From IMG/VR virus record IMGVR_UViG_3300018018_000001, positions 64,001 through 128,000 of that record: a stretch of 64,000 bases of DNA; one strand, 5' to 3'. This document shows, piece by piece, positions 47,292-56,486 of this stretch. The stretch's first letter is position 1; each line of letters opens with the position of its first letter. The notes beneath the pieces are model-generated. The model searched no databases and was not told the DNA's origin. It saw only the letters and a list, made by a program, of their open reading frames with translations. The position numbers were made by a program, and so were the translations under genes. The DNA comes from a virus.

Positions 47292-47615
47292 CTATTCCTC
47301 TTTTAATGATTCTAATCTAACATAAGGATGTTCATTTCCTTTCTCCATAGAGTCACAATTTGCTTCAGGTGTTACAATTGGTGGGCAGAAGGTTTCTATC
47401 CGTTTGCTGTCGTTCTTTATTCTTTCCCAAGTGGATGAAATTTCTTCCAATATACCTTTCCCTATCTTTACATTTGGATTACTAAAATTATTATCTTCAA
47501 TTAGAATCTTTTTTACTTTAGCCATCAATTGATTCATATATCCAAATCTTTTTTCTAATTTATGTTTACTCATTTTATTCTTCTTTTTCCTCCTTATTCT
47601 TTTTTTCTCCATCAT
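47292..47615 (-). CDS. Hypothetical protein
   Basis: In-operon ORF; start uncertain. Confidence 0.45.
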   Translation of the reverse strand: MMEKKRIRRKKKNKMSKHKLEKRFGYMNQLMAKVKKILIEDNNFSNPNVKIGKGILEEISSTWERIKNDSKRIETFCPPIVTPEANCDSMEKGNEHPYVRLESLKEE

Positions 47616-48189
47616 GTAATTCTCTATGACAGTTAGAACAAAGAGGAGTAGTCTTTTTTAATTCTTCAATTCTTTCCGGTGTTATTATTGTATTCAATAA
47701 GTTACCAATATTAAACTTTTTTTCTTTTGGATCAGAATGATGAAAGTCAATAGCAGCAAAACATCTGTTATATCTACATTTAGAACATTTATCCATTCCC
47801 AATTCATGAATTAAAATCATCCATTTTTCTCTTTTAATTTTTTCTCTTAATTTTAATTCTTTTCTATGATTTTGATAATAACTTTTCATATAAGTCTTAT
47901 CCTTAGGGTGTAATTTTTCATATTTTTTATTACATTCTCTTATTTCTTTTTTGTGCTCTTTACGATATTTTTCTATGTAAATTTTCTCTTCCCTTGAATT
48001 CAATTTATGATATTTTTTATTTAAAATACTTTTTTCTTTTAAATGAAATTTACGGTATTCTTTATTGTAATCTTTAATCTTTCTTTTATTTAATTGATAA
48101 TATTTTTGATTATAGATCCTTATTTCTTCTTTAGTCACCTCAGTTATTAGCCTCCCCCCACAAGTTAATTGTCTTTGTTGGTTCATCAA
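47575..48189 (-). CDS. HNH endonuclease
   Basis: KCSKC...IDFHH.DP..K.F...LCSNCHRELH; true start probably GTG near 48140. Confidence 0.85.
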   Translation of the reverse strand: MMNQQRQLTCGGRLITEVTKEEIRIYNQKYYQLNKRKIKDYNKEYRKFHLKEKSILNKKYHKLNSREEKIYIEKYRKEHKKEIRECNKKYEKLHPKDKTYMKSYYQNHRKELKLREKIKREKWMILIHELGMDKCSKCRYNRCFAAIDFHHSDPKEKKFNIGNLLNTIITPERIEELKKTTPLCSNCHRELHDGEKKNKEEKEE

Positions 48190-48544
48190 ATATTAAATCC
48201 GCTCTATCTCTCATAACCCCTTCGCAGAATAGACATATCCTTTTCTTAACTCCACCTTTAACAAAAGTCCAGGTTGAAGGTACACCCTCTTTTTCACAAT
48301 GCCCACAAATTATAATTTCAATTTTGCTGAGGTCAGCTAATTCCACATTCATTCCCTTTTCCAAAATTAAGACAGGGATTTGAGGATACCCCGCAGCTTT
48401 CAGGAAATTTTTGAATCCTCTGGTCATGGCTTCATAGAGTTGCTTGTCAACAAATTGGTCTACTCTAACAATAAAGATTTCCCCTGGCTTTAATTCCAGT
48501 TTGGCAACATCAAAATTTCCGGTGAAATTTAGGTTAGCATCCAT
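48140..48544 (-). CDS. Hypothetical protein with C-terminal zinc ribbon
   Basis: CGHC...CLFC. Confidence 0.55.
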   Translation of the reverse strand: MDANLNFTGNFDVAKLELKPGEIFIVRVDQFVDKQLYEAMTRGFKNFLKAAGYPQIPVLILEKGMNVELADLSKIEIIICGHCEKEGVPSTWTFVKGGVKKRICLFCEGVMRDRADLIFDEPTKTINLWGEANN

Positions 48545-48873
48545 TATTTTTTCTCCTCTGGAATATTTTCAATGAAAAAGTCAATTAACCAGTCCTTGGG
48601 GTTCCCTTCTTGTTTTCCTACAACAACAGCGATAGCCCCAGATTTATCCCCATTCTCTCCAAACAGCCCATTAAGTAAGCCGATTGGACCCAAGGATGGA
48701 TTAGGATCTCCTTCATATTGGGAATATGCATGGACCTGGACCGTGGGGTGGTTGACAATTTCATCATTTATTGATGTTCTGGTTAGACAAAATTTACTTA
48801 TTCCCTTCCTATCCAGCCTGAGGATTTCATTAAGAATATCGACAGTCTCTTTCAGGGTTATAGTTTTTTTCAT
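48544..48873 (-). CDS. Hypothetical protein
   Basis: In-operon ORF. Confidence 0.55.
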   Translation of the reverse strand: MKKTITLKETVDILNEILRLDRKGISKFCLTRTSINDEIVNHPTVQVHAYSQYEGDPNPSLGPIGLLNGLFGENGDKSGAIAVVVGKQEGNPKDWLIDFFIENIPEEKK

Positions 48874-48882
48874 AGCTACCTC

Positions 48883-49203
48883 TTACTTCTGGTTGATGTA
48901 GCTATTAACAAGAAACAGGATTTCTTGATCCTCACTTCTGAAATTGGTCTTGGCCGATGCCACTATGGTTTTCATTAAATCCTCATGGCCAGTGAAGTCC
49001 AATTCTATCTTTTTGTTAACATTCTCTACTGGCTTGACTCCCTTATCCCTTGCCCTCTTGTTCTTACTTCTGGTTATAACCATCTTGGCAATCCTTTCAT
49101 TAATACAATCTTGGCAAACAAGACGGTTGGGATTAGACTTGGATGGGATAAGAAAAACATTGTGTACTTCACACTTTTTTGGATCTTCTACTTTGTCACT
49201 CAT
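48883..49203 (-). CDS. Zinc-finger plus Arc-like ribbon-helix-helix protein
   Basis: CEVH...CQDC; L...I...AKTNFRSEDQEILFL. Confidence 0.5.
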   Translation of the reverse strand: MSDKVEDPKKCEVHNVFLIPSKSNPNRLVCQDCINERIAKMVITRSKNKRARDKGVKPVENVNKKIELDFTGHEDLMKTIVASAKTNFRSEDQEILFLVNSYINQK

Positions 49204-49215
49204 GGTTTTCTCCTT

Positions 49216-49416
49216 TTAATATTGAGTCATTTTATCAGCAAGATATTTAGGTATTCTTACTTTGACAGGTTCAATGCTAGAAAACATACGCTGTTTTCTT
49301 GCTCTTTCCCTTGTTAGAAAAAAAGCAGGGTACATTTCATTTCCCGCTAAAAAAACCTTCTTAGCAGAAAAGGAAATATCAAATCCGACCCATCTTGTAA
49401 CCATTTTAACTCTCAT
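49216..49416 (-). CDS. Hypothetical protein
   Basis: In-operon ORF. Confidence 0.45.
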   Translation of the reverse strand: MRVKMVTRWVGFDISFSAKKVFLAGNEMYPAFFLTRERARKQRMFSSIEPVKVRIPKYLADKMTQY

Positions 49417-49610
49417 CTTTTCCTCCCTTTCTTCTTGAAATCTAATTTGAGTTCTATATCCTCTCTCTCCAGTGATTTTAATAATTTGTCCATAAATTCA
49501 TCGGTGTTTCCGTACAGATTTCCGCTAACCCCCTTAATGGCATGGTCTGTTTTTAATTCCGAAAATAATTTATCAGAAAGGATAAGCTTAATTTCTCTCA
49601 TAATGGACAA
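49413..49610 (-). CDS. Hypothetical protein
   Basis: In-operon ORF. Confidence 0.45.
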   Translation of the reverse strand: MSIMREIKLILSDKLFSELKTDHAIKGVSGNLYGNTDEFMDKLLKSLEREDIELKLDFKKKGRKR

Positions 49611-52063
49611 TACTCATCATCACATTTGGTTCTGGTTGTAGCAACCCAAGCACCTTCAATAGATCCATCCCGAAAGACAGTAACCCCCTTAACCCCCATT
49701 TTCCAGGCTTTGACAAATATCTGTTTTATATCATCCGCTCCGATATCATTAGGGACGTTTACAGTCTTGCTCACTCCTGAATCTATGAATGATTGAAATT
49801 TGGCCTGTACTTTTAAATGCCATTCAGGGGTAATTTCATGGGCAGTCCTGCAGAATTCGGATTTGTAAATATCCCTTTTCTCTTCTATAATTCTGTCTAC
49901 CAAATGCCTCTCAAATGATTCTGCGAATATTGGTTCAATGGAAGCGGAACAATCGGCCATGATTGACAAAGATCCGGTAGGGGCGATTGACCTTTTGGTA
50001 AATGAGTCCGGGGCCACCTCTTCAGAGGCTTTGACATAGGGTTTGGATAATTTATCTATGAAATCCAGGCATTCTTGAGAGTCATATTTTATTCCAAGCA
50101 TTATCAAAGCATCGGCAAATCCCATGATTCCTATACCAATACTATTCAAATCTCTCATTAACTTGGTTATCTGAGGTAAGGGATACCAATTGATTGTGTT
50201 GATATTTAATAAAGCCCTTCCTGCTAATTTTACAGTATCATAAAATTTTTCAAAGTTAAAATTGGTTCCCTCTACAAATTTACTTACATTTATACTTCCC
50301 AAACAGCAAGCCCCAAATTCAGGGAGGGGCTGTTCTCCACAGGGATTTGTACAAGTGATTTTGGTTTCAGGAAATAGTTTGTTATCCTTATTTATTCGGT
50401 CATAGAAAAGGACTCCAGGATCTCCTGATACCCAGGCCCCTAAAGTTATCAGGTCTAGGATATCTCTTGCCCTAACCGATTTATAAACAACATCTTCATG
50501 AACCAAATCCACCTTTCCATTACTGGTAGTAGCCTTTTCCATAAATTCATCTGTTACCATGACTGAAAGGTTAAAGTTTGTCAACTTTCCGCTTAGCTTG
50601 GCTCTGCAGAAATCTAATATTTCTGGGTGATTATGATTAAGAGCACCCAGGCAATTTCCAGTGATTGATACATGACCTTCACTTAGATTAACCCAAAATC
50701 CATTTTCTACTGTTGGGCACCAAACAGTACCTTTATAGTATCCCTTAGTTTCATTTTTTAAATCACAAAAATGTCTTTTGAAATTAATTAAAACATCCCA
50801 CCATATATATTTATCCCTTGTACTTTTTTTATAGGAGCATCTAAATCCAAGAAGTGTTGAAAGCATTAAAAATCTTTCAGCCATACATTCATTAGCTGTT
50901 GTAAATTTTCCCCATGTTTTTGTTCTACTACCATCACCTTTCATTAAGGTGTCAAATAATATTGTTAATTGCCTCATAGAGAACTTATTAAAAACCCAGA
51001 TTGGTATTATCTTATGATTTTCTTCAAGTTCAAATATATTCCTAGTTTCATAAGCAGGAACATACCAGGATCTTTCTCCTCTCTCAAAGTAATGCTTATT
51101 ATTCTCTGGATATTTGGTATATTTCCACCCTAAATCGTCCCAAAGTTTATCTATTTCTTCACAATTTGATTTGTTAGCTCTTTCACTTTGGGATATATTA
51201 AATCCGTTAAAGTTCAAGTTTTTGGGGTCTTTTCTGCTTCCTTCAGCAATTATCCAAGCCATAACTTTAATTAAATTGTCAGTAATTCCTATATAATCTT
51301 CTCTATTAAGTTGAGTTTCAAAGGAAAGAGGGATATATTTATCCTCTTTTGGTAAATCTTCAGCAGGGGCTATGTTATAATATTTCTCAATCATTGAAGC
51401 CTTAAAAATAACTCTATGATCAGGAGTAACAGATAAGTCTAAGAATTTACTATTTAGAGTGATTATCTCTCCATTATAATCAAAGATGTTCATTTTTAGA
51501 ATTGGTTGAAATTCACATATTTGTTTTTCTGGATTAAAAGTTAATATTCTATCTCCAATTTTTAAATTAGAATATAATTTCCACCCTTCTTCAGTCAGAG
51601 CTTTTACGTCAGAAGTGCAGCAAGCCCCACGGCGGAACCCACCCTGCTTAACGGTATTGATAATGGCATCGAACACACTCATGAAACTTAAAGCCCCACT
51701 GGATGATCCCCCTGAGGATAGTGGGGCATTTTTGGGACGCAAAGCGGAAAAATTGATTCCACATCCCCCACCTCTTTGAAATATTGAGGCCATATTCTTT
51801 GCACATTCGAAGATACTTACTACGCTATCCTCAAGAGGAAGGACGAAACACGCTGAAAGACTACCTTTCTTTGAACCTGCATTTCTTATGGCCGGAGAAT
51901 TAGGAAGAAATATTCCATTGACCATTGCATCATATAATTCTTTTTCAAATTTTTCATCTCTGATTGAGATGTGTTTAGCAACTCTTTTTAGGACACCATC
52001 AGCAGTTTCTTTTTTATGGGCATAACGTGTAACTAAAAGATCCTCAGCAGCTTTTGATAACAT
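49598..52063 (-). CDS. nrdJ: Class II (B12-dependent) ribonucleotide reductase with an intein
   Basis: FLPNSP, LSACFV, GGGCG, QGG.RRGA, TNPCGE, CCLGSIN, SIAPTGS, TVFRDGS; no nrdB nearby. Confidence 0.9.
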   Translation of the reverse strand: MLSKAAEDLLVTRYAHKKETADGVLKRVAKHISIRDEKFEKELYDAMVNGIFLPNSPAIRNAGSKKGSLSACFVLPLEDSVVSIFECAKNMASIFQRGGGCGINFSALRPKNAPLSSGGSSSGALSFMSVFDAIINTVKQGGFRRGACCTSDVKALTEEGWKLYSNLKIGDRILTFNPEKQICEFQPILKMNIFDYNGEIITLNSKFLDLSVTPDHRVIFKASMIEKYYNIAPAEDLPKEDKYIPLSFETQLNREDYIGITDNLIKVMAWIIAEGSRKDPKNLNFNGFNISQSERANKSNCEEIDKLWDDLGWKYTKYPENNKHYFERGERSWYVPAYETRNIFELEENHKIIPIWVFNKFSMRQLTILFDTLMKGDGSRTKTWGKFTTANECMAERFLMLSTLLGFRCSYKKSTRDKYIWWDVLINFKRHFCDLKNETKGYYKGTVWCPTVENGFWVNLSEGHVSITGNCLGALNHNHPEILDFCRAKLSGKLTNFNLSVMVTDEFMEKATTSNGKVDLVHEDVVYKSVRARDILDLITLGAWVSGDPGVLFYDRINKDNKLFPETKITCTNPCGEQPLPEFGACCLGSINVSKFVEGTNFNFEKFYDTVKLAGRALLNINTINWYPLPQITKLMRDLNSIGIGIMGFADALIMLGIKYDSQECLDFIDKLSKPYVKASEEVAPDSFTKRSIAPTGSLSIMADCSASIEPIFAESFERHLVDRIIEEKRDIYKSEFCRTAHEITPEWHLKVQAKFQSFIDSGVSKTVNVPNDIGADDIKQIFVKAWKMGVKGVTVFRDGSIEGAWVATTRTKCDDEYCPL
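50654..51622 (-). mobile_element. Intein (323 aa) with LAGLIDADG endonuclease
   Basis: CCTSDVKALT start after RRGA, TPDH, WIIAEGS and LMKGDG, ends ITGN before Cys+1. Confidence 0.93.
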
Positions 52064-52328
52064 CTATTTTTATACCTCTTTCTTTTTTTAATTGTTCAAA
52101 ATATTTTTCGTCAATATCATATTCACCATTATCCTTTCGGATAATTGGTATTAAATGACCATTATGGCATCGAACTTCGTAACCCCGCTTATCAGAATAG
52201 GCATTTGAATCAGTAAGCATGGGTTCACAGAATAACATTCCCCCACAATTATCCCATGGACATTTTTTATTCTTCAACAGCTTTATCAGGCTGGGGGAGC
52301 TACAAATCGGTTTTCTTTTTGTTTTCAA
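52044..52328 (-). CDS. Zinc-ribbon protein
   Basis: CP..CGG...C..GH. Confidence 0.55.
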   Translation of the reverse strand: MKTKRKPICSSPSLIKLLKNKKCPWDNCGGMLFCEPMLTDSNAYSDKRGYEVRCHNGHLIPIIRKDNGEYDIDEKYFEQLKKERGIKIDVIKSC

Positions 52329-52509
52329 AGTCTTCCTCTAAAATAAGCTTGTCAACAGCTTCCCATACCGTGGTTCCATTTTCCAAAAGTAAACTGACAT
52401 ATTGTTCGTTGTCAGACATCATTCCAATCGTAGCTTTAAATTTGGGGCCAAAATCTTTCCTCAGTATGAGGATATGACCCGCTAAGGAAGAAAAGTCTCT
52501 TTTTGGCAT
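52300..52509 (-). CDS. Small hypothetical protein
   Basis: GGAG SD; first gene after motif A copy 2. Confidence 0.55.
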   Translation of the reverse strand: MPKRDFSSLAGHILILRKDFGPKFKATIGMMSDNEQYVSLLLENGTTVWEAVDKLILEEDFENKKKTDL

Positions 52510-52528
52510 ATTTTTTCTCCTGTTACTC

Positions 52529-52562
52529 TATAATAACACCAAAGTGCCTTTACTATTACACC
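52529..52562 (-). promoter_or_regulatory. 34-bp promoter-like motif A, copy 2
   Basis: Reverse complement ggtgtaatagtaaaggcactttggtgttattata. Confidence 0.7.
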
Positions 52563-52586
52563 CTTTTTTAAAAAAAGTAAAAATAG

Positions 52587-52615
52587 CTAAACTTTTTCTA
52601 AACTCCAGCCGATAA
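52587..52615 (+). promoter_or_regulatory. Sigma-28-type promoter
   Basis: CTAAA-N16-GCCGATAA. Confidence 0.8.
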
Positions 52616-52661
52616 GATTATCAAAGACTTTAACTAAATGTTATCCAAAGGAGAATAACTT

Positions 52662-52871
52662 ATGGAAAAGAATAAGAAAATGTATGAAATTCCATGCCTT
52701 AGGTGCCAAAAAGACTTTAAATATTCAGAAGATGAGATTCCAATTCCCCACCTCTGTGAAGTATGCACCAAGTTTTTTAAGGACTTTAACAGCCAATTGA
52801 ATAAAAAGATTCATAAGATTATTCCCAAGAAAGTGACGGAAAATGTCACTCCAAAAGAGGATAAAAAATAA
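52662..52871 (+). CDS. Small zinc-finger protein
   Basis: CLRC...CEVC. Confidence 0.6.
   Translation: MEKNKKMYEIPCLRCQKDFKYSEDEIPIPHLCEVCTKFFKDFNSQLNKKIHKIIPKKVTENVTPKEDKK
52834..52848. promoter_or_regulatory. Palindromic operator-like site TGAC-N7-GTCA
   Basis: tgacggaaaatgtca, 13/15 identical to 58849-58863. Confidence 0.45.
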
Positions 52872-52900
52872 CTAAACTTTTTCTATCCTCCTGCCGATAA
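52872..52900 (+). promoter_or_regulatory. Sigma-28-type promoter
   Basis: CTAAA-N16-GCCGATAA. Confidence 0.8.
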
Positions 52901-52925
52901 GATAATTAGAGGCAAGGAGGGAAAG

Positions 52926-53168
52926 GTGAAAAAATTTTTTATAATTCTCTTGATATTAGGATTTATTGCAAATTGGGTGTATAATCATGATTGGCATATA
53001 AGTCCTGAAAAAATTCACTATGTTGTAGTAAAAGACCAATTCACAGGAGAAGCATACTTATTAAATACGAAAACTGGAAGAGAGTATAAATTACCTAATG
53101 AAATTTATTCTGTAGACGATCTTATAGGGAATGCAATAACAAAATTTAAAATGGAAAGAACAAAATGA
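52926..53168 (+). CDS. Small protein with N-terminal TM/signal
   Basis: MKKFFIILLILGF. Confidence 0.6.
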   Translation: MKKFFIILLILGFIANWVYNHDWHISPEKIHYVVVKDQFTGEAYLLNTKTGREYKLPNEIYSVDDLIGNAITKFKMERTK

Positions 53169-53887
53169 TTTGTGAATATGGCTGTGGTCAGGAAGGTGTA
53201 TATCAACTTAAGAATGGTAAATGGTGCTGTAACCTTAGCCAAAATTCCTGCCCAGAAATAATAAAGAAATTAAGTAGAGCAGCAGAAGGAAGAAAACACT
53301 CTGTAGACACGTTAAGAAAAATGGGTGATTCCCATAGAGGAATAAAAAGACCTGATCACTCCGCTTTAATGAAACAGAAAATGTTGGGTGAAAATAACCC
53401 AAATTTTGGAAAAACAGGTAATAAAAGCCCAAGATTTGGTAAACCCGGTTATTGGAAAGGTAAAAAGAGACCGGATCTTTCTGGTGAAAATAATCCTTGG
53501 TTTGAAATAAAAAGACCTGATATTGCTGAAATAATGAAACAAAGAATTGGTGATAAACATCCTTTATTTGGTAAGACAGGAGAGCTTAGTCCAGGATGGA
53601 AAGGTGGAATTTCTAAAGATCCATACCCTATAGAGTTTAAAAGAATAAGAGGATATATCAGGGAAAAGTTTAATTATGAGTGTGTTCTATGTGGAATAAC
53701 TGAGGATAAAATTGGAAGGAAACATTCTTGTCATCATGTTGATTATGATAAGAGTAATATTTCTGAAGAAAACCTTACTTTATTATGCCAGGGGGATAAT
53801 GCTAGAGTAAATACTGATAGAGGCTTTTGGGAAACCCAATTCAAGATACTTAATGGGGTATTTGATCCTAAATTTTTAGGGCTATAA
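53165..53887 (+). CDS. HNH homing endonuclease with zinc finger and NUMOD3
   Basis: CEYGCGQ; WKGGIS; CVLCG...HHVDYDK.N...NL..LC...N. Confidence 0.88.
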   Translation: MICEYGCGQEGVYQLKNGKWCCNLSQNSCPEIIKKLSRAAEGRKHSVDTLRKMGDSHRGIKRPDHSALMKQKMLGENNPNFGKTGNKSPRFGKPGYWKGKKRPDLSGENNPWFEIKRPDIAEIMKQRIGDKHPLFGKTGELSPGWKGGISKDPYPIEFKRIRGYIREKFNYECVLCGITEDKIGRKHSCHHVDYDKSNISEENLTLLCQGDNARVNTDRGFWETQFKILNGVFDPKFLGL

Positions 53888-53899
53888 AAGGGGGGTAAG

Positions 53900-54091
53900 G
53901 TGCTTATAAACCAGAAAAAAGTAAAAGCCTACATTAAGGAACTGAACCCAGATACCCAAGTAGCCACTGACATTTGGCCTACAATCAATGAACAGGTTAA
54001 GACCCTTATCAGGTTAGCCCTGAAGCGTAATGGGACCCACAAGAGGCTTACTACAGGGGAATTTGCGATTCTGGACCCATTAAAGTATTAG
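53900..54091 (+). CDS. Putative single histone-fold protein
   Basis: LINQKKVKAYIKE...V..D....NE.V..LI..A...KRLT; 63 aa. Confidence 0.5.
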   Translation: MLINQKKVKAYIKELNPDTQVATDIWPTINEQVKTLIRLALKRNGTHKRLTTGEFAILDPLKY

Positions 54092-54100
54092 GAGGATAAA

Positions 54101-54355
54101 ATGATAATCCCGGAATATTTCTATTATCGTGCATTGAATAATGGAGAGGTTCATGTCTTTTACAAAGAGACAAGAATCTTTATCATGAAGAAGAAATGGA
54201 TAAAGGATGGATCAGGATTTACTATGGACTACTGGACTTGCAAATCCACCCTGTCCTATGTCCCTTCATTTAAAGAACCGGATTTTGATAAGGCTAAAGC
54301 AATGATTATGAAAGAACTGGAAAAATTCCTTAACCTATTTTCGGAGGATAAATAA
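54101..54355 (+). CDS. Hypothetical protein
   Basis: AGGAGG SD. Confidence 0.6.
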   Translation: MIIPEYFYYRALNNGEVHVFYKETRIFIMKKKWIKDGSGFTMDYWTCKSTLSYVPSFKEPDFDKAKAMIMKELEKFLNLFSEDK

Positions 54356-54357
54356 TC

Positions 54358-54615
54358 ATGAGATTAAAAAACCATTTCGAGAAAATGTTTGACGGTATTT
54401 ATTTAAGCTATAAATCCATATCCATAACCGATGATGGTAGACTGATTATGAAGACTGTCGGTTGCGGATGCTGCTCTGATGTGGAACCAGTGGATACGGA
54501 TAACCTCCTGAAGGCGATTACTGAAACTGAGCACTACCTGAACCATCTTAAGGAATTAAAAAACAGGATTAAGAAAAATGCCCCTCTTCCGAAATTAAAG
54601 GAGAAATATAGTTAA
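54358..54615 (+). CDS. Hypothetical protein
   Basis: GGAGG SD; GCGCC motif. Confidence 0.6.
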   Translation: MRLKNHFEKMFDGIYLSYKSISITDDGRLIMKTVGCGCCSDVEPVDTDNLLKAITETEHYLNHLKELKNRIKKNAPLPKLKEKYS

Positions 54616-54640
54616 ACTTTTTATATGTTCCCGCCGATAA
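54612..54640 (+). promoter_or_regulatory. Sigma-28-type promoter
   Basis: TTAAA-N16-GCCGATAA. Confidence 0.8.
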
Positions 54641-54741
54641 GATAATTAAAGGGAGGAATATTATGAACTTAGTAGAATTCTTTGACCCAAGAAACCTGGA
54701 CCATATTAAGGCTTACAAACATCTTTGTGATAAAGGAAAAT

Positions 54742-54924
54742 ATGGAAAGAACAAAAGGAATAAAACATAAATGGAAAAAAGAAAGAAAAATAACTAATGA
54801 AATGATTTTAAAAATCACGGAGTTAAGAAAGAATGGTAAAAAATTAAAAGAAATAAAAAATGAAACAGGAATAAATACCTGTACTATCAGCTTAATTTGC
54901 AATAAAAAATATAGATTTAGTTAA
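54742..54924 (+). CDS. Small HTH protein or endonuclease remnant
   Basis: ITELRKNGKKLKEIKNETGIN..TIS.I. Confidence 0.4.
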   Translation: MERTKGIKHKWKKERKITNEMILKITELRKNGKKLKEIKNETGINTCTISLICNKKYRFS

Positions 54925-54930
54925 AAAAGA

Positions 54931-54959
54931 CTAAACTATTTCTATATCCTTGCCGAAGA
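54931..54959 (+). promoter_or_regulatory. Sigma-28-type promoter
   Basis: CTAAA-N16-GCCGAAGA upstream of the AAA ATPase. Confidence 0.75.
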
Positions 54960-55001
54960 GATATATAAAGAGGCACTAAAAACGCAAGGAGGAAAAGGAA
55001 A

Positions 55002-56477
55002 ATGGCTTCAAAATTCAATCAATATCTTAAAGCGGGGTATCCGGCCATTTGGATTGAAACTCATGAAGAATTCAGGGCTATTGCCACCCTAGCTTTTGAG
55101 TCAAATGGATATTCGGTTTTCTCATGGGATGTAGTCACTGGCCAACGGGACCATGCCACTGATAAGTATACAAAGGAATCCCCTGAAACCCCGATGAAAG
55201 AGATTGGCCGAATTCTCCAGATGAAACCCGGTAGTGTAGTATTTCTTAAGGATTTTCCCAAGTTTTTTAACAATATTGAAGTCCTTCGTTCAATTAAAAA
55301 TCTCATTTCTGAGATTAAAGCTGATGACAGGCATATTATTTTTATCAGTCCTGCGGTAAATATCCCCATTGAATTGGAAAAGGATGTAACCGTATTGCCC
55401 TTTACCCTTCCTACCGTTGATGAATTGGTCCAGGTAGCGGAGAAGATAGTAAAAGATAACAAGTTTGATTCAGATAAATTTGATAAGAATAATAAACTGA
55501 TTTCTAAAAAAGTAGAAGTGGACCGTAAAACCATTTCAGTGGCCAAAGGGTTAACCCTACAAGAGGCCGAAAATGCAATGGCCAGATCCATAGTGGAAGA
55601 AAAGGGATTTTCCCGAAAGATCCTGGAAGAAGAAAAACTCCAGTGCATTAAGAAGTCAGGCATGATGGAACTCTTTGAACCCATGCCCGAAGCCGAATTG
55701 GTTATGGATGGATTGAAAATGTATATCCATAGGAGAGTCAAGGGTTTTGAGCCTGATTCTACTATGCCCACTCCTAAGGGAATTCTCTTGGTGGGTATTC
55801 CAGGTGGTGGGAAGTCATTGGCCTCTAAGGTTATCGCCAGTGTTCTGGGTTGCCCTCTGGTTCGTGTAGACATTGGGGCCTTAAAGGGTAGCAAGGTGGG
55901 GGAATCCGAAGCCCGTATGAGACAGTGTTTAGCCCAAATTGATGCCTTAGGATTCTGTGTAGTGTGGATGGATGAGATTGAAAAAGTCCTGAGCGGTGTT
56001 CAATCCAGTGGCCAATCGGATGCAGGGACAACCTCTACCATGTTTGGAACCCTGTTAACCTGGATGCAAGAATCAAAATTCCCCCATTACATTGTGGCCA
56101 CCTGTAATGAAATTCAAGACTTACTGGCCATTTCCCAAGGTGCCTTGTTAAGACGGTTTGATGATATCTTTTTTGTAGATCTTCCTTCTAAAGAAGAACG
56201 TGAAGAAATTATTAAGATTATGAATAAGAGATACAGCACTAAATTAAATGGAAATTTAGCGGAAAGAACTCAGGGATGGACTGGAGCAGAAATTGAAAAA
56301 TATGTTATAGCCAGTATTTATGATGGAGAAGAAGAAGCTTTCAATAATGTCCATCCAATTAGTGAACAGAACAAAGAGATCATTGAAAATGCCCGGAAAT
56401 GGTCTTTACAAAATGCACGTATCGCTAATTCAAGAAAAGTGGAAATTAAACCTGAAGGAAGAAAGATTAGAGTGTAG
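55002..56477 (+). CDS. Ycf46-like AAA+ ATPase
   Basis: GILLVGIPGGGKS, VGESE, WMDEIEK, LLRRFD..FFVDLP; degenerate N-terminal AAA domain. Confidence 0.88.
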   Translation: MASKFNQYLKAGYPAIWIETHEEFRAIATLAFESNGYSVFSWDVVTGQRDHATDKYTKESPETPMKEIGRILQMKPGSVVFLKDFPKFFNNIEVLRSIKNLISEIKADDRHIIFISPAVNIPIELEKDVTVLPFTLPTVDELVQVAEKIVKDNKFDSDKFDKNNKLISKKVEVDRKTISVAKGLTLQEAENAMARSIVEEKGFSRKILEEEKLQCIKKSGMMELFEPMPEAELVMDGLKMYIHRRVKGFEPDSTMPTPKGILLVGIPGGGKSLASKVIASVLGCPLVRVDIGALKGSKVGESEARMRQCLAQIDALGFCVVWMDEIEKVLSGVQSSGQSDAGTTSTMFGTLLTWMQESKFPHYIVATCNEIQDLLAISQGALLRRFDDIFFVDLPSKEEREEIIKIMNKRYSTKLNGNLAERTQGWTGAEIEKYVIASIYDGEEEAFNNVHPISEQNKEIIENARKWSLQNARIANSRKVEIKPEGRKIRV

Positions 56478-56486
56478 AGAATTAAT

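Noticed and set aside
306-51622. Identical 969-nt length of the SWIM and NrdJ inteins
   Set aside because: The sequences and endonuclease types differ (HNH versus LAGLIDADG), so this is coincidence.
55061-55894. 277-aa minus-strand ORF
   Set aside because: Antisense shadow of the AAA ATPase; no motifs, and the flanking promoters point the other way.
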